NCBI GenBank assembly: GCA_963794325.1
Contig: CAWCDG010000006.1
Coordinates: forward strand, 32,001 to 96,000
From: an uncultured delta proteobacterium
Lineage (GTDB): Bacteria; Desulfobacterota; Binatia; Binatales; Binataceae
DNA length: 64,000 bases
Direction: 5' to 3'
The notes beneath the pieces are model-generated. The model did no database searches. It was not told where the DNA came from and saw nothing but the letters and a program-made list of their open reading frames with translations. Below are positions 51,335 to 61,522 of this stretch, piece by piece. Both the position numbers and the translations under genes were made by a program. Each line of letters begins with the position of its first letter. Position 1 is the stretch's first letter.

Positions 51335-52597
51335 CTATCGCGCCGCCGCGTGCACTCCGTTCGACGCGATCTTTGTGCGCGGGCCCTTTAGCGACTCGGG
51401 CCACCATTTGTTGTCCCATTCGCCGTCCCACACGCCGCGGAAATGCGGCAGCACTTCGCTGCAGAACAGATCGATATTCTTCATCGTCAACTCGTGCGGC
51501 ATCGATCCGATATGCAGCAGCACCATCAGGTTGCCGACGCGAAGTTTCTTGACCGCTTCCATCAACTGCTGACGCACGGTGGCCGGCGAGCCCGCGATCA
51601 CGAACTGGTTATCGACGAAGTCCTTGTACTTCCACGTCGGGATCTTGTTCATCAGATCGAACAACTGCGGATTCAGCTTGGTCACGCTGTTGACCAGGCT
51701 CTTGTAGTCCTGGTTGCCGGCGACGGGAAAATACTCGGGCAGGATATGCAGGCATTTGTCGTAAAAGTATCGGATGTGCTTGTAGTAGTCCTTTTCGGCC
51801 TGCGCGTCGGTCTCCGACACCGCGACCAGTTGCAAAAATCCCGCGCGATACGGATTGGGATCGTGATTGCCCTTGGCGACGAAATCCCAGAAGCCGTCCA
51901 TCACGCGCTTGCCGAAATTATTTCCCCAGTACGACAGGAAGCAGTAGCAATGGTTGTGCTTGGCCGAAAAATCCCAGGTCGAGAGACTGCCGCTGCCGGG
52001 AATCCACACCGGCGGATGCGGCTTCTGAATCGGCCGCGGCCAGATATTCACCATCGGCAGTTTGAAGTACTTGCCGTTCCACGCGAAAATCTCCGGCGAC
52101 GTCCACGACTTGATAATCAGGTCGTGCGCCTCGTAGTAACGCTCGCGCTGCTCGATCGGCGGAATTCCGTAGCACAGGTTCACGTCCTGCGAGGTGCCGA
52201 GCGGCATGCCGGCGACCATTCGGCCGCCGCTGATACAATCGATCATCGAATATTCTTCGGCGATTCGTATCGGCGGATTCGAGGTCGGCAGCGTCGCGCC
52301 CATCTGCACCACGGCGACGTCGGTGCCGTTGGTCGCGCGCGCGAGAATCGATCCCATCAGGTCCGGATTCGGCATGAAGCCGTAGGCGTTCTGATGATGC
52401 TCGTTGACGCAGATGCCGTCGATGCCCTTGTCGGCGGCGTGAATCAACTCGTCGAGCGTCCAGTTGTAGTACTGCCCGACCTTCACCGAATCGGCCAGCT
52501 CGCAATACGGCGGATCGACCCACACCGAATGATACTTCTGCGCGAAGTCCTCCGGCAGATCGCGATACGGCATCAGATGGAACATCGAGATTTTCAT
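51335..52597 (-). CDS. LLM-class flavin-dependent oxidoreductase
   Basis: VNEHH, PIRIAEEYSMIDCISGGR, WPRPIQKPHPP, IAGSPATV. Confidence 0.9.
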   Translation of the reverse strand: MKISMFHLMPYRDLPEDFAQKYHSVWVDPPYCELADSVKVGQYYNWTLDELIHAADKGIDGICVNEHHQNAYGFMPNPDLMGSILARATNGTDVAVVQMGATLPTSNPPIRIAEEYSMIDCISGGRMVAGMPLGTSQDVNLCYGIPPIEQRERYYEAHDLIIKSWTSPEIFAWNGKYFKLPMVNIWPRPIQKPHPPVWIPGSGSLSTWDFSAKHNHCYCFLSYWGNNFGKRVMDGFWDFVAKGNHDPNPYRAGFLQLVAVSETDAQAEKDYYKHIRYFYDKCLHILPEYFPVAGNQDYKSLVNSVTKLNPQLFDLMNKIPTWKYKDFVDNQFVIAGSPATVRQQLMEAVKKLRVGNLMVLLHIGSMPHELTMKNIDLFCSEVLPHFRGVWDGEWDNKWWPESLKGPRTKIASNGVHAAAR

Positions 52598-52709
52598 CGT
52601 ATGGGCCTCCGGACGCGTCAGCTTTCGATTTTTCCATACCACGCGGCGGTGTCATCCCCCAAGCGCGCAGCGTTGCGGATGCTATCGCCGTGCGGTTCTA
52701 TGTCCCACA

Positions 52710-53567
52710 GTGAAACTGCTCGTCGCATTCGGCATCGCATTGATATTCAGCGTCGGTACGGCGCGCGCGGATCCTCCCTCGCGATCGTTCGTCGGCAACT
52801 TCATCGGCAATGACGCGACGGTGGAAAACTATCTCTCAGTTTCGGGCGGCGTCGATCGCACGCAGGACTTCGAATCGCTGTATCTCGAAAAAACTCTCTC
52901 GCCGAAGTCCAGCTTCTCGCTGTTCGTCGGCTACCAGCGCCTCGAGCAGGAAGGCGAGTTCACCAGCGCCAGCGGATTCACCAACCTGGGCCTCGCCTAC
53001 AAACGCGTGCTCGTCACGATTCCGGACCACGAATTCGTGTTCACGATCAGTCCGACGCTCGAGCTGCCGGTCGGCGACCGCAGTGTTGGTTCTGAATCTC
53101 ATCCACGCGCCGGCGGCGATTTGCTTTTTCAGAAGGGCTTCGGCGATCTGCCAGACTGGCTGCACATGCTGCGGCCGTTCGGCGTCGAGGGCGAGGCAGG
53201 ATGGGAAAGCAAGGTAACGGGCGGGCGAGACGATCTTCTGTCCGCCAACCTCGAACTCGAGTATTCGCTGGACTATCTGGACGCTAACATCGCCGGCGGT
53301 TCCGTACCTTACGCGCTGCGCGATCTCACGCCGCATCTCGATTTCGATTACGCGCAGTACCTGAGCGCGCATCGAAACTCATCGCAGCCCGACTTCGAGC
53401 TGACGCCAGCCATCGCGTGGATGAATTCCATCTTCGAGGTAAATCTCGGCGTCCAGGTAGGCGTCAATCGCGCATCGCGAGGCACCGGCGCAGTCGCCTT
53501 CGTCTGGCTGCTCGGAGTTTCCTACGATCAACTCGCGCCCGCCCTCGGATGGAATCTGTTTCATTAG
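52710..53567 (+). CDS. putative outer-membrane beta-barrel/transporter
   Basis: Signal peptide; alternating beta-strand pattern; GFTNLGLAYK..ELPVG..KGFGDLP. Confidence 0.6.
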   Translation: MKLLVAFGIALIFSVGTARADPPSRSFVGNFIGNDATVENYLSVSGGVDRTQDFESLYLEKTLSPKSSFSLFVGYQRLEQEGEFTSASGFTNLGLAYKRVLVTIPDHEFVFTISPTLELPVGDRSVGSESHPRAGGDLLFQKGFGDLPDWLHMLRPFGVEGEAGWESKVTGGRDDLLSANLELEYSLDYLDANIAGGSVPYALRDLTPHLDFDYAQYLSAHRNSSQPDFELTPAIAWMNSIFEVNLGVQVGVNRASRGTGAVAFVWLLGVSYDQLAPALGWNLFH

Positions 53568-53613
53568 TCGGCGGTATGGACAAGCTCCTTCGATGAAGTG
53601 ACAATGCGCGCCT

Positions 53614-54858
53614 ATGGAATCGTGGTTTAACAAAGCAAGATTCGGGATGTTCATTCATTGGGGACATTGCAGCCAGCGCGGGCTTGAGCTGTCGTGGCCG
53701 CTGGTCGGGGGCGTCGGCGCGCTGCCGAATGGCCCGAGTGTTGGGGTCGAGGAGTACCACTCGACCGCCAAAACATTCGAGCCGATTAATTGGGATGCGA
53801 AGAGACTGGCTAAATTGGCCAGGCGCGCCGGTATGCAGTACGCCGTTCTGACTAGTAAACATCACGACGGCTACTCACTATTCCATACCAAGCATTCTGA
53901 CTATTCGATTGAGTATTCACCGTTCAAGCGGGATATAGTTGGTGAATACACAGATGCGTTCCGTGCGGAAGGTCTCAAGGTCGGACTGTACTACTCACTT
54001 ATCGACTGGCATCATCCTGACTATCCGACGTTTCTCGAGTCGGACAAGCCGTACAAGTGGGGCGCGTGGCGCCGTTCGACTCCCGAGCAATGGAATCGGT
54101 TCATCGAATTCATGTTCGCCCAGATGCGCGAGCTGCTGACCAACTACGGCAAGATCGATCTGCTGTGGTTCGACGGCGGATGGGAACGGACGCCCGAGGA
54201 ATGGAAGTCGCGCGAGTTCGTCGAGATGATCCATTCGCTGCAGCCCGAGGTCGTCATCAACGATCGCCTTCCGGGTTACGGAGACTACCAGACGCCCGAG
54301 CAGGCGGTGCCGCCTAAGCCGCCTGAGGGACCGTGGGAGACCTGCCTGACGATCAACAATAGCTGGGGCTACAATCCTTCCGACAAGGACCTCAAATCCA
54401 CGCGCGCGCTGATTCATACGCTGTGCGAGGTGGCCGGCAAGGGCGGAAATCTGCTGCTCAATGTGAGCCCGATGGGCGACGGCGCGCTTCCGCCCGAGCA
54501 AGTCGAGCGGCTCGAGGCGATCGGCGACTGGATGGACCGCAACAATGAGGCGATTGTCGGCAGCGACCCCGGACTCGAGCCATGGCAGTTCTACGGACCG
54601 TCAACCCGCCGCGGCAATCGCGTCTATCTGCACTTGCTGGCAAAGCCGTATGAGTCGGTCTCGGTGCGCGGCGTGAAAGTGAAACACGTCGGCGACGTGC
54701 GTCCGCTGGCGAGCACGATGTCGCTGAAGGTCCGCAGGCGAGTCTCCGCAAGCGACTCGCTATTCAATCACGATCCGATTGGCGAGCTGGTGATTGCGAC
54801 GCCCGATAGCGCGCTCGATTCGATGGCGACGATCATCGCCGTCGATTTCCAGAGATAG
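53614..54858 (+). CDS. alpha-L-fucosidase (GH29)
   Basis: WFNKARFGMFIHWG, KHHDG, LLWFDG, WETCLT..SWGY, GGNLLLNV. Confidence 0.92.
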   Translation: MESWFNKARFGMFIHWGHCSQRGLELSWPLVGGVGALPNGPSVGVEEYHSTAKTFEPINWDAKRLAKLARRAGMQYAVLTSKHHDGYSLFHTKHSDYSIEYSPFKRDIVGEYTDAFRAEGLKVGLYYSLIDWHHPDYPTFLESDKPYKWGAWRRSTPEQWNRFIEFMFAQMRELLTNYGKIDLLWFDGGWERTPEEWKSREFVEMIHSLQPEVVINDRLPGYGDYQTPEQAVPPKPPEGPWETCLTINNSWGYNPSDKDLKSTRALIHTLCEVAGKGGNLLLNVSPMGDGALPPEQVERLEAIGDWMDRNNEAIVGSDPGLEPWQFYGPSTRRGNRVYLHLLAKPYESVSVRGVKVKHVGDVRPLASTMSLKVRRRVSASDSLFNHDPIGELVIATPDSALDSMATIIAVDFQR

Positions 54859-54868
54859 TCAGTCGAGG

Positions 54869-57370
54869 TTACGGAGCCGCGGTGAAGCTCCACGAATACG
54901 GTTTGCCGTTGACTGTCATCGCGGCGCGATACGTCTCTCCGCCGGCGAACGGATCACGCACCATCATTACTACTTCGCCGAACGAGCTGAGTACCTCGCG
55001 GCCCCGCGCCTGCGCGCCCGCGTCAGGATTGGTGTAGCCGTTGGAGTCGTAGGCGCAGGTCGGGACTTTGGTACCCGCCGCCGTGCCGGTGGTTTGAGTC
55101 AGAGACGCGTCGGTTATCTTCGCCGGCACATGCATTCCGAGTTGAATCGTGATCGCCGGCGCCGTTGGCGGGTAGCCCGGACACGACGACACCGGACTCG
55201 GCCATTCACCACCGAATCGCGGCGCTTTGACGGTTGCCCCATCCGGAGGAATCTTGATTGGCTCGGCGAGCGGTTGGCCACCGGGAAGCGCCAGCGCCGA
55301 ATCGCTGACAACATTCACCGCCGATACGCATCCCACTCCCTCGCAATACTGGCCGAACCCTACTCGCATCAGATCGGGACTCAGCAGTTCCGGACGATGG
55401 AACGGCCCTGAAATCCACCACTCGATCGCCTGCGCCATCAGTTGATCCTCGGTCATTTTGGCCCGCGGCTGGTACACGACGTCGCTGGCTTGCGCGGCTT
55501 TCAGTCCTTCGACTGAATACCCCGGTTTCGACTTATCCTCCTGATGGAACAGGACGCCGATTTGCCCCCCGTGCGCCAGCATCTGCTCATAGTTTGTCAT
55601 CAGATACTTCGCGTGGGCGACGCAGCCCGCACTCAGCGCCGGATCCTGATCCACCGGCGGCACATTGAGTCGCGTGCGGTATCCATTGAGAACAGTCAGC
55701 CAGTTCGTGCTTGTGCTGACGCCGCCGTGCGCCTCTTCGATGGTCGGCGACGACGCGGGGCTCGCGAGCGCGACCTCTGAAGACATCGCAGCCGACTCGG
55801 CGCGATGCGCCGCGCGTGCGCGATGAGGACGCGTCGCCACCGCCGCACTGCTGGTTGGCTCTGACGCGGGCGGCGGAGTCGCGGGGAACTTCGCGATCTC
55901 TGCAAACGTCGTGGCCTGCGCATCCGCGGCTTTGAAGCTCCATGCGTAGGTCTGGTCGTTCGCGGTAATCGAGACCGCGTAGCGCGCGCCCGGCCGCAAC
56001 GGCTCGCGCGGGATGATTACTACCGCGCTCGCGTTGCGCAGGTTCCACCGGCCGTATTCCTGCTCGCTACGATTGCCATTTCGATAGCTGGGCGCGTCGA
56101 AGGCGCAGTACTCGATCGGCTTGCCGTCTTCCGTCAACGAGTGCGCCGAGAGTTTCGTGTTCATCAGCCGTCCGATTTGCAGTGTGATAGGAAGTCCGAC
56201 GGGCCGTTCGTAACCCGAACAGCTCGCGAGCGGGTCGGGCGACTCGACTCCGATCCAATCGAGCGCAACGGCCGCACCGTCGGGTGGAAACTCGACCGCG
56301 CGCGCGTACGCCTTGACCTCCGAAGGCGGTGGCGGCAATCGAAGCGTGGCCACCCAACATCCGTCGCCCGAGGCCTCGCCGAAACCGGCCGCCTTTATGA
56401 AGGGATCGAGCATCGCGAGGCGATGGAATGGTCCCTCGATCCAATGATCGATCTGCTGTCCCGCGTCGTACGAGCTGCAGCCCCATGCGAGCTGGAGGTT
56501 CTGCGCCACCCTTGCCCCGATTGTCGAATAGCCGCTCCTGCCGGGCTTCTCTTCGTAAGCCGCCGCACTCATCGGCTTTGCGCTGCGGATGTCGTCGGCG
56601 AAATTGAGCAGCAGATAACGCGCATGCGCTGCGGCGCCGGCACTCAACTGTGGATCGTCGCGAATCGGATCGAGACCCAGGCCGGCCCGGTAAAAGTTGA
56701 TCCGATCCCGCCACGTCGTGGGCGAGGACGATACATTGGTAGTCGATGATGACGAGGATGACTTCGGCAAAGGCGATGGCGCTTTCATTGCAACCGCCGC
56801 GATCGACGGGGCGGCCGCCGGCGTACTCATCGCGCGCGCAATGGAAGGCTCATGAGCCGGCGCGTGCGCAACTTCCGCCATCGATGTTTCGGCATGGCTC
56901 GACGACACGTGCGAATCCACCCACCCGACGACCGCGGAGAGCGACGCCCGAGAGAACAGTCCCCAATTCTCGACATGGTCCGCGAATGCGATCGCGACCA
57001 GCGCCGCGACAACCGGAATCATCCGCAGGATCCTTCGCCATCGTCGCCGCTTCAGGGCGTCGGGATCGATAAATCGGTACGGAGGCGCGCCGCCAAACCG
57101 CAGGAGGTCGCCGTGCTTGAGCTCCTGTTTGCGCCGGATACGCCGCCCGTTGACGAACACTCCCTGGGCCGACTTGAGATCGACCACGTAGTAGCGGCCG
57201 CGCGCATACCTGACGATTGCATGACGATCCGCGACGCCGGCATCCGCGAGGTGCAGCGCCGAAGCGTCCGCACTTCCTATCTCAGCTTCATCGCGCCCGA
57301 GCAGCAGCAGACGCGTGCCGACTGCCTCGCGATCGACAGCGAGCAGCCGTGCGGCCTGCGGTCTCAACAC
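54869..57370 (-). CDS. FHA-TM-(CAP+beta-sandwich)x2 membrane protein
   Basis: DLKSAQGVFVNG FHA, TM helix, two modules N.YR..AHA.YL..W..GPFHR..L. Confidence 0.8.
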   Translation of the reverse strand: MLRPQAARLLAVDREAVGTRLLLLGRDEAEIGSADASALHLADAGVADRHAIVRYARGRYYVVDLKSAQGVFVNGRRIRRKQELKHGDLLRFGGAPPYRFIDPDALKRRRWRRILRMIPVVAALVAIAFADHVENWGLFSRASLSAVVGWVDSHVSSSHAETSMAEVAHAPAHEPSIARAMSTPAAAPSIAAVAMKAPSPLPKSSSSSSTTNVSSSPTTWRDRINFYRAGLGLDPIRDDPQLSAGAAAHARYLLLNFADDIRSAKPMSAAAYEEKPGRSGYSTIGARVAQNLQLAWGCSSYDAGQQIDHWIEGPFHRLAMLDPFIKAAGFGEASGDGCWVATLRLPPPPSEVKAYARAVEFPPDGAAVALDWIGVESPDPLASCSGYERPVGLPITLQIGRLMNTKLSAHSLTEDGKPIEYCAFDAPSYRNGNRSEQEYGRWNLRNASAVVIIPREPLRPGARYAVSITANDQTYAWSFKAADAQATTFAEIAKFPATPPPASEPTSSAAVATRPHRARAAHRAESAAMSSEVALASPASSPTIEEAHGGVSTSTNWLTVLNGYRTRLNVPPVDQDPALSAGCVAHAKYLMTNYEQMLAHGGQIGVLFHQEDKSKPGYSVEGLKAAQASDVVYQPRAKMTEDQLMAQAIEWWISGPFHRPELLSPDLMRVGFGQYCEGVGCVSAVNVVSDSALALPGGQPLAEPIKIPPDGATVKAPRFGGEWPSPVSSCPGYPPTAPAITIQLGMHVPAKITDASLTQTTGTAAGTKVPTCAYDSNGYTNPDAGAQARGREVLSSFGEVVMMVRDPFAGGETYRAAMTVNGKPYSWSFTAAP

Positions 57371-57405
57371 TTGCGACTACGCTCCCAAGGCCATCTCATA
57401 TCGCG

Positions 57406-57801
57406 TCAGAATACGAACGCGTTGCCTTTCGCCGGCGGCGCCGTCGGCGTTTCCGTGCAATACGGCGGGTCGCCGCTCGCGTTGGGCGCCCGGACAGCCA
57501 GCAGCCTCGCCAGGTCTTGCTGGCAGTTATTGTGATCGGTTGCGTAATAGCGGTAGCGGGTAGTTTTGATCGATTGGTCCGGCGGCAGGACCAGAACTGG
57601 CCCGCTTACTTTCGAGGCTTCCTCGGGCGTCATCCCCATGTCGGTAAGTTTGATCGGGGCGGGCGGCGTTTTGGATTTCCAGAGCGGCACCCCCGGCAGG
57701 CCGGCGGAGGTCAGCTTGCCGTTCTGATCCTCGGTCCACGAAACACATCCGGCGAGCGCGCACAGGCAGATCGCCACCACTACTAATACGGCGCGTTTCA
57801 A
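57406..57801 (-). CDS. lipoprotein
   Basis: LAGC lipobox; GGAAGG RBS; start uncertain. Confidence 0.7.
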   Translation of the reverse strand: MKRAVLVVVAICLCALAGCVSWTEDQNGKLTSAGLPGVPLWKSKTPPAPIKLTDMGMTPEEASKVSGPVLVLPPDQSIKTTRYRYYATDHNNCQQDLARLLAVRAPNASGDPPYCTETPTAPPAKGNAFVF

Positions 57802-57875
57802 AACAACCGTCCCCTTCCTTTCACTCTCAGCTAACACGATCCTGCGACAACCGCAGGTTAACGGGCGGAACTAAA

Positions 57876-59273
57876 TCATGGACTTATGGAGAATGTCCAG
57901 TCGTACTGCTTTCCGTTCGCGTTTATCGACACCGCGTACTTCGCGCCCTTGTCAAGCGGCTCGCGCGGAATCACCACGACCGTGCCATACGACTTCAACA
58001 CGTTGCGCCCGAGGTCTTGTGAGTATGCGTCGGGATTCGAGTAGCTAGTCGAATCTATACCGCAAGCTTCGACTGAGGAGTGACCGCCATCGGGGTTTAC
58101 TCGGGCGAGTGAGTATTGACTGAGATGCGTATCTATCCAATTGCCGAGCTGAAGTGTAATAGCCAGTCCGCTCGGCGGATCGTAGTGGGGGCAACTTGTC
58201 AGCGGATTGGGCCATTCGTTCTCGAACGATCTTATCGCGACACTGCCGCCGTCGGGCGGAAATTCGATCGGCAGACTCCTCGCCGCGCCGGGCGGCATCT
58301 TTCCTTGCGAGCCCTTCAGCAGATTGAGCCCTGCGGCGCACGCCTCGGATTCGCAGTAGAGCCCGAAGCCGGCGCTGGTCAGGCGCGGGTTGAGAATCGG
58401 CATGCGATGGAACGGCAGCGACATCCATCCATCGATCGACCATTCGGGCGAACCCCATCCGCCCGGGGATTTGGATACTCTATGCATCGACCACACGTCC
58501 ATGTCGCTGGACTTGGCGGCTTCGAGTCCTTGGGACGTGAAGCCCGGTTTTCCCGAATTTTCGTCATGCATTTCGGCGCCAAGGCCGTCGTGCTCGATTG
58601 AATCGTGGAAGTTGCGGACGATGTACGTAGTATGCGCCTGGTCGCCCTTGCTCGATTCCGGATCTTCGACGACCGGCGGCAGCTTCACCATCGCGCGGTA
58701 ATAGTTCACTCGCGCTAACCATGCCGGCTCGGCGGACGCGGGATTCACTGATGACGCAGGAGATGAGCCCGCGGCTGATCCCGGTTCAGCGGATGCAGAT
58801 TGAGTATTAGCCGCCGAGGGCTCGGAAGCGGACTTGATCGGCGAAGTCTCTGCCACGGGTTGCGGGGTGGCCGGTCTGATTTCGCGTCGATAGCGGGCTA
58901 CGGCGAATCCTGCGATGAACATCGCGGTCAGAATCACGAATCCCCATAGCAACCGCTTCGGCACTGCCTGCGGGTCGAAAGCAAAGCGCACAGCGCCAAA
59001 CTTGATCTCGTCGCCTGGCTTCAACGCGGTTGGACTACCTATTCGGCGGCCATTCACGAAGGTACCGTTGGTAGATCCGAGGTCCGTCAGCTCGAAGCTC
59101 CCGGACTTGCGCGCAATCGTGGCATGACGGCGCGATACCGTAGTGTCGTCGAGTACTACGTCGTTTGACGGATGACTGCCAATAGCTATTGCCGGCTTGT
59201 CGAGTGAGTATTCGCGCAGAGGAGAACTGCCTATTGAAACCAGACGATTGTTGGCGGCAGTCTGCTCCGGCAT
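57876..59273 (-). CDS. FHA-TM-CAP membrane protein
   Basis: IGS..VSRRHA..DLGSTNGTFVNG, TM helix, RVNYYR..AH..WMSLPFHRMPIL. Confidence 0.82.
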   Translation of the reverse strand: MPEQTAANNRLVSIGSSPLREYSLDKPAIAIGSHPSNDVVLDDTTVSRRHATIARKSGSFELTDLGSTNGTFVNGRRIGSPTALKPGDEIKFGAVRFAFDPQAVPKRLLWGFVILTAMFIAGFAVARYRREIRPATPQPVAETSPIKSASEPSAANTQSASAEPGSAAGSSPASSVNPASAEPAWLARVNYYRAMVKLPPVVEDPESSKGDQAHTTYIVRNFHDSIEHDGLGAEMHDENSGKPGFTSQGLEAAKSSDMDVWSMHRVSKSPGGWGSPEWSIDGWMSLPFHRMPILNPRLTSAGFGLYCESEACAAGLNLLKGSQGKMPPGAARSLPIEFPPDGGSVAIRSFENEWPNPLTSCPHYDPPSGLAITLQLGNWIDTHLSQYSLARVNPDGGHSSVEACGIDSTSYSNPDAYSQDLGRNVLKSYGTVVVIPREPLDKGAKYAVSINANGKQYDWTFSISP

Positions 59274-59281
59274 CTATCTAA

Positions 59282-60325
59282 CTAGCCCAGGTTCCAGAAG
59301 CGGCCGACGTTCTGCGCCGCGCGCTCGATCATCGGCATCACGCGATCGCCGCCATCGTCAGGGCGAATCGGCTCGTCGGCGTCGCGTCCGAACTCGTCGA
59401 TCACGGCGCGTCCCGATTCCGCGATTGCCTCGAGGTCGTAGCCGCCTTCGAGCGCCGCGACCATCTTGCCGCCGCAGCATTCCGCGGCCAGCCGCTTCAC
59501 CCGCCGCGCCATTGCCCCGAATCCCGCGCCGGTCACGCGCATCTGCGCGAGCGGATCGCGAAAGTGTCCGTCGAAGCCGCATGAGACCAGGATGAACTCG
59601 GGTTTGAAATGGCGTCCGATCGGCATTACCAATCGATCGAACACCCTTAGATATTCGGCGTCGCCAAATTCCGCCGGCATCGGCAAATTGACCGTGAACC
59701 CCATGCCCGCGCCGTATCCGATCTCGTGGAGCGAGCCGGTACCGGGGTAATGCGGAAACTGATGGGTCGATACGTAGAGCACCTCGGGCGATTCGTAAAA
59801 GATATCCTGCAAACCATTGCCATGATGGACGTCCCAATCGACGATCATCACGCGCTTGAGCCCGCGCGATTCGATTAGCCACTTCGCCGCGATCGCCACG
59901 TTGTTGAAGAAGCAAAATCCCATCGCACGATTAGGTAGTGCGTGATGCCCCGGCGGCCGGACAATAGCAAATCCATTAGCTACTGCGCCGTCCATCACCG
60001 CCTCGACCGCGGTCAACACGCCGCCGGCGGAAAGCAGCGCGGTCTGGTAGGTATCGCGCGAACTATGCGTATCAGGATCGAAGTCGAACCGATCGAGCGA
60101 CGCCGTCCGCACCATCGTGGCGATATACTCGGGAGTATGGCAGCTCTCGATTTCCTCTTGCGTCGCCTCGCGCGGCGCCAAGAATCTCAGATCCGGCCGC
60201 TTGAGCGACTCCGCCATCTCGATCATCGTCTCGATTCGCTCGGGACGCTCCGGATGCGAGCGGCCGGCGAAGTGTTTCAGGTAGCGGCGATCCGCGACGA
60301 TCCCGGTTTTAAGCATCGTTGACAC
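59282..60325 (-). CDS. histone deacetylase family (Zn-dependent) protein
   Basis: HPERPER, RPPGHHA, GFCFFNN, DWDVHHGNG, GFD, LEGGY. Confidence 0.93.
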   Translation of the reverse strand: MSTMLKTGIVADRRYLKHFAGRSHPERPERIETMIEMAESLKRPDLRFLAPREATQEEIESCHTPEYIATMVRTASLDRFDFDPDTHSSRDTYQTALLSAGGVLTAVEAVMDGAVANGFAIVRPPGHHALPNRAMGFCFFNNVAIAAKWLIESRGLKRVMIVDWDVHHGNGLQDIFYESPEVLYVSTHQFPHYPGTGSLHEIGYGAGMGFTVNLPMPAEFGDAEYLRVFDRLVMPIGRHFKPEFILVSCGFDGHFRDPLAQMRVTGAGFGAMARRVKRLAAECCGGKMVAALEGGYDLEAIAESGRAVIDEFGRDADEPIRPDDGGDRVMPMIERAAQNVGRFWNLG

Positions 60326-60425
60326 CCCAGTCGGGTATGATGATTAACTGGCATGGAGCGGTAGCGCGGAATTTTTCCGCGCCTCGCGAAGTCATTGAAT
60401 TGCATTGGTCGGCGGTCATTGAAGC

Positions 60426-60686
60426 TTGCCTGATCTTTTTGAAATAGCTCTCATCCTCGCGATCGCGCTGATCGTGGTCGGCCCCGAACGGCTGCCCGAA
60501 GTGATGCGCACGGTCGGAAAGCTCCTGCGCGAACTGCGGCTGGCGAGTAATACCGTCCTCCATGAACTTACCGACGTGCTCGAAGAGACGAACGCAAATA
60601 TACCTCCGCCACCCAAGTCCTCGCCGGAGGCTGTGAAGCCACCCGGGCCGCCGGCTACAACTACACAGCCGACTGAGAATAAATAG
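60426..60686 (+). CDS. tatB: twin-arginine translocase TatB/TatA subunit
   Basis: EIALILAIALIVVGPERLP; upstream of tatC. Confidence 0.8.
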   Translation: MPDLFEIALILAIALIVVGPERLPEVMRTVGKLLRELRLASNTVLHELTDVLEETNANIPPPPKSSPEAVKPPGPPATTTQPTENK

Positions 60687-60702
60687 CTGGTCATCCCGCA
60701 CT

Positions 60703-61515
60703 GTGCCTAGCGAGGATATCACACCGCCGGCAGTCATCGAGGCGACGCCCGAACAGGCGCGGATGTCGCTCATCGAGCATTTGAATGAACTCCGCACGGC
60801 GCTGATTCGCGCCTTCATCGCCATCGGCGTCGGCTTCATTATCGCGTACGCAATCGCCGATCCGCTCTTTCACATGCTGACCTGGCCGATTCGCGAGGTG
60901 TCCGGCGGCAAGGTGCTGTTGATTGGCACGGGCGTCGGCGAGGCGTTCTACACGAAGATCAAAGTCGCGCTTATCGCCGGTTTGTTCATCGCCAGTCCGG
61001 CGGTATTTTACGAGGTCTGGAAATTCATCGCGCCGGGTTTGTACGAGACCGAGCGCAGGATGGCGAAGCCGTTCGTTTTCTTCGCGACGGTCTTTTTCGT
61101 TCTCGGTGGATATTTCTGCTGGGCGGTCGTTTTCAAAGTCGGCTACGCGTTCTTCCTTGGCCAGTACGCGAGCATCGGCGTGACTCCGACGATTCGCATC
61201 AGCGAGTATCTCGCGTTCTCGTCGAAGCTACTGCTGGCGTTCGCGCTGACGTTCGAGATGCCGATTTTCGCGTTCTTCTTCACCAAGCTCGGGATGATCG
61301 ACTACAAGATGATGCTGGGGTACTGGCGCTACGCGATCCTCGCCATCTTCATCGTGTCCGCGGCGCTGACTCCGCCCGACATGGTCTCGCAATTCCTGCT
61401 CGCGATTCCGCTGCTGGCGCTCTACGTTGTCAGCGTCGGCGTCGCGTGGATGTTTCGTTTGAAGCCTTCGGAAAAATCCGCCGCGACAACTCCGCAGCAA
61501 CCCGAGACTGTCTGA
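60703..61515 (+). CDS. tatC: twin-arginine translocase TatC
   Basis: SLIEHLNELR, WKFIAPGLY, FEMP, LTPPD. Confidence 0.95.
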   Translation: MPSEDITPPAVIEATPEQARMSLIEHLNELRTALIRAFIAIGVGFIIAYAIADPLFHMLTWPIREVSGGKVLLIGTGVGEAFYTKIKVALIAGLFIASPAVFYEVWKFIAPGLYETERRMAKPFVFFATVFFVLGGYFCWAVVFKVGYAFFLGQYASIGVTPTIRISEYLAFSSKLLLAFALTFEMPIFAFFFTKLGMIDYKMMLGYWRYAILAIFIVSAALTPPDMVSQFLLAIPLLALYVVSVGVAWMFRLKPSEKSAATTPQQPETV

Positions 61516-61522
61516 GGGTCCT

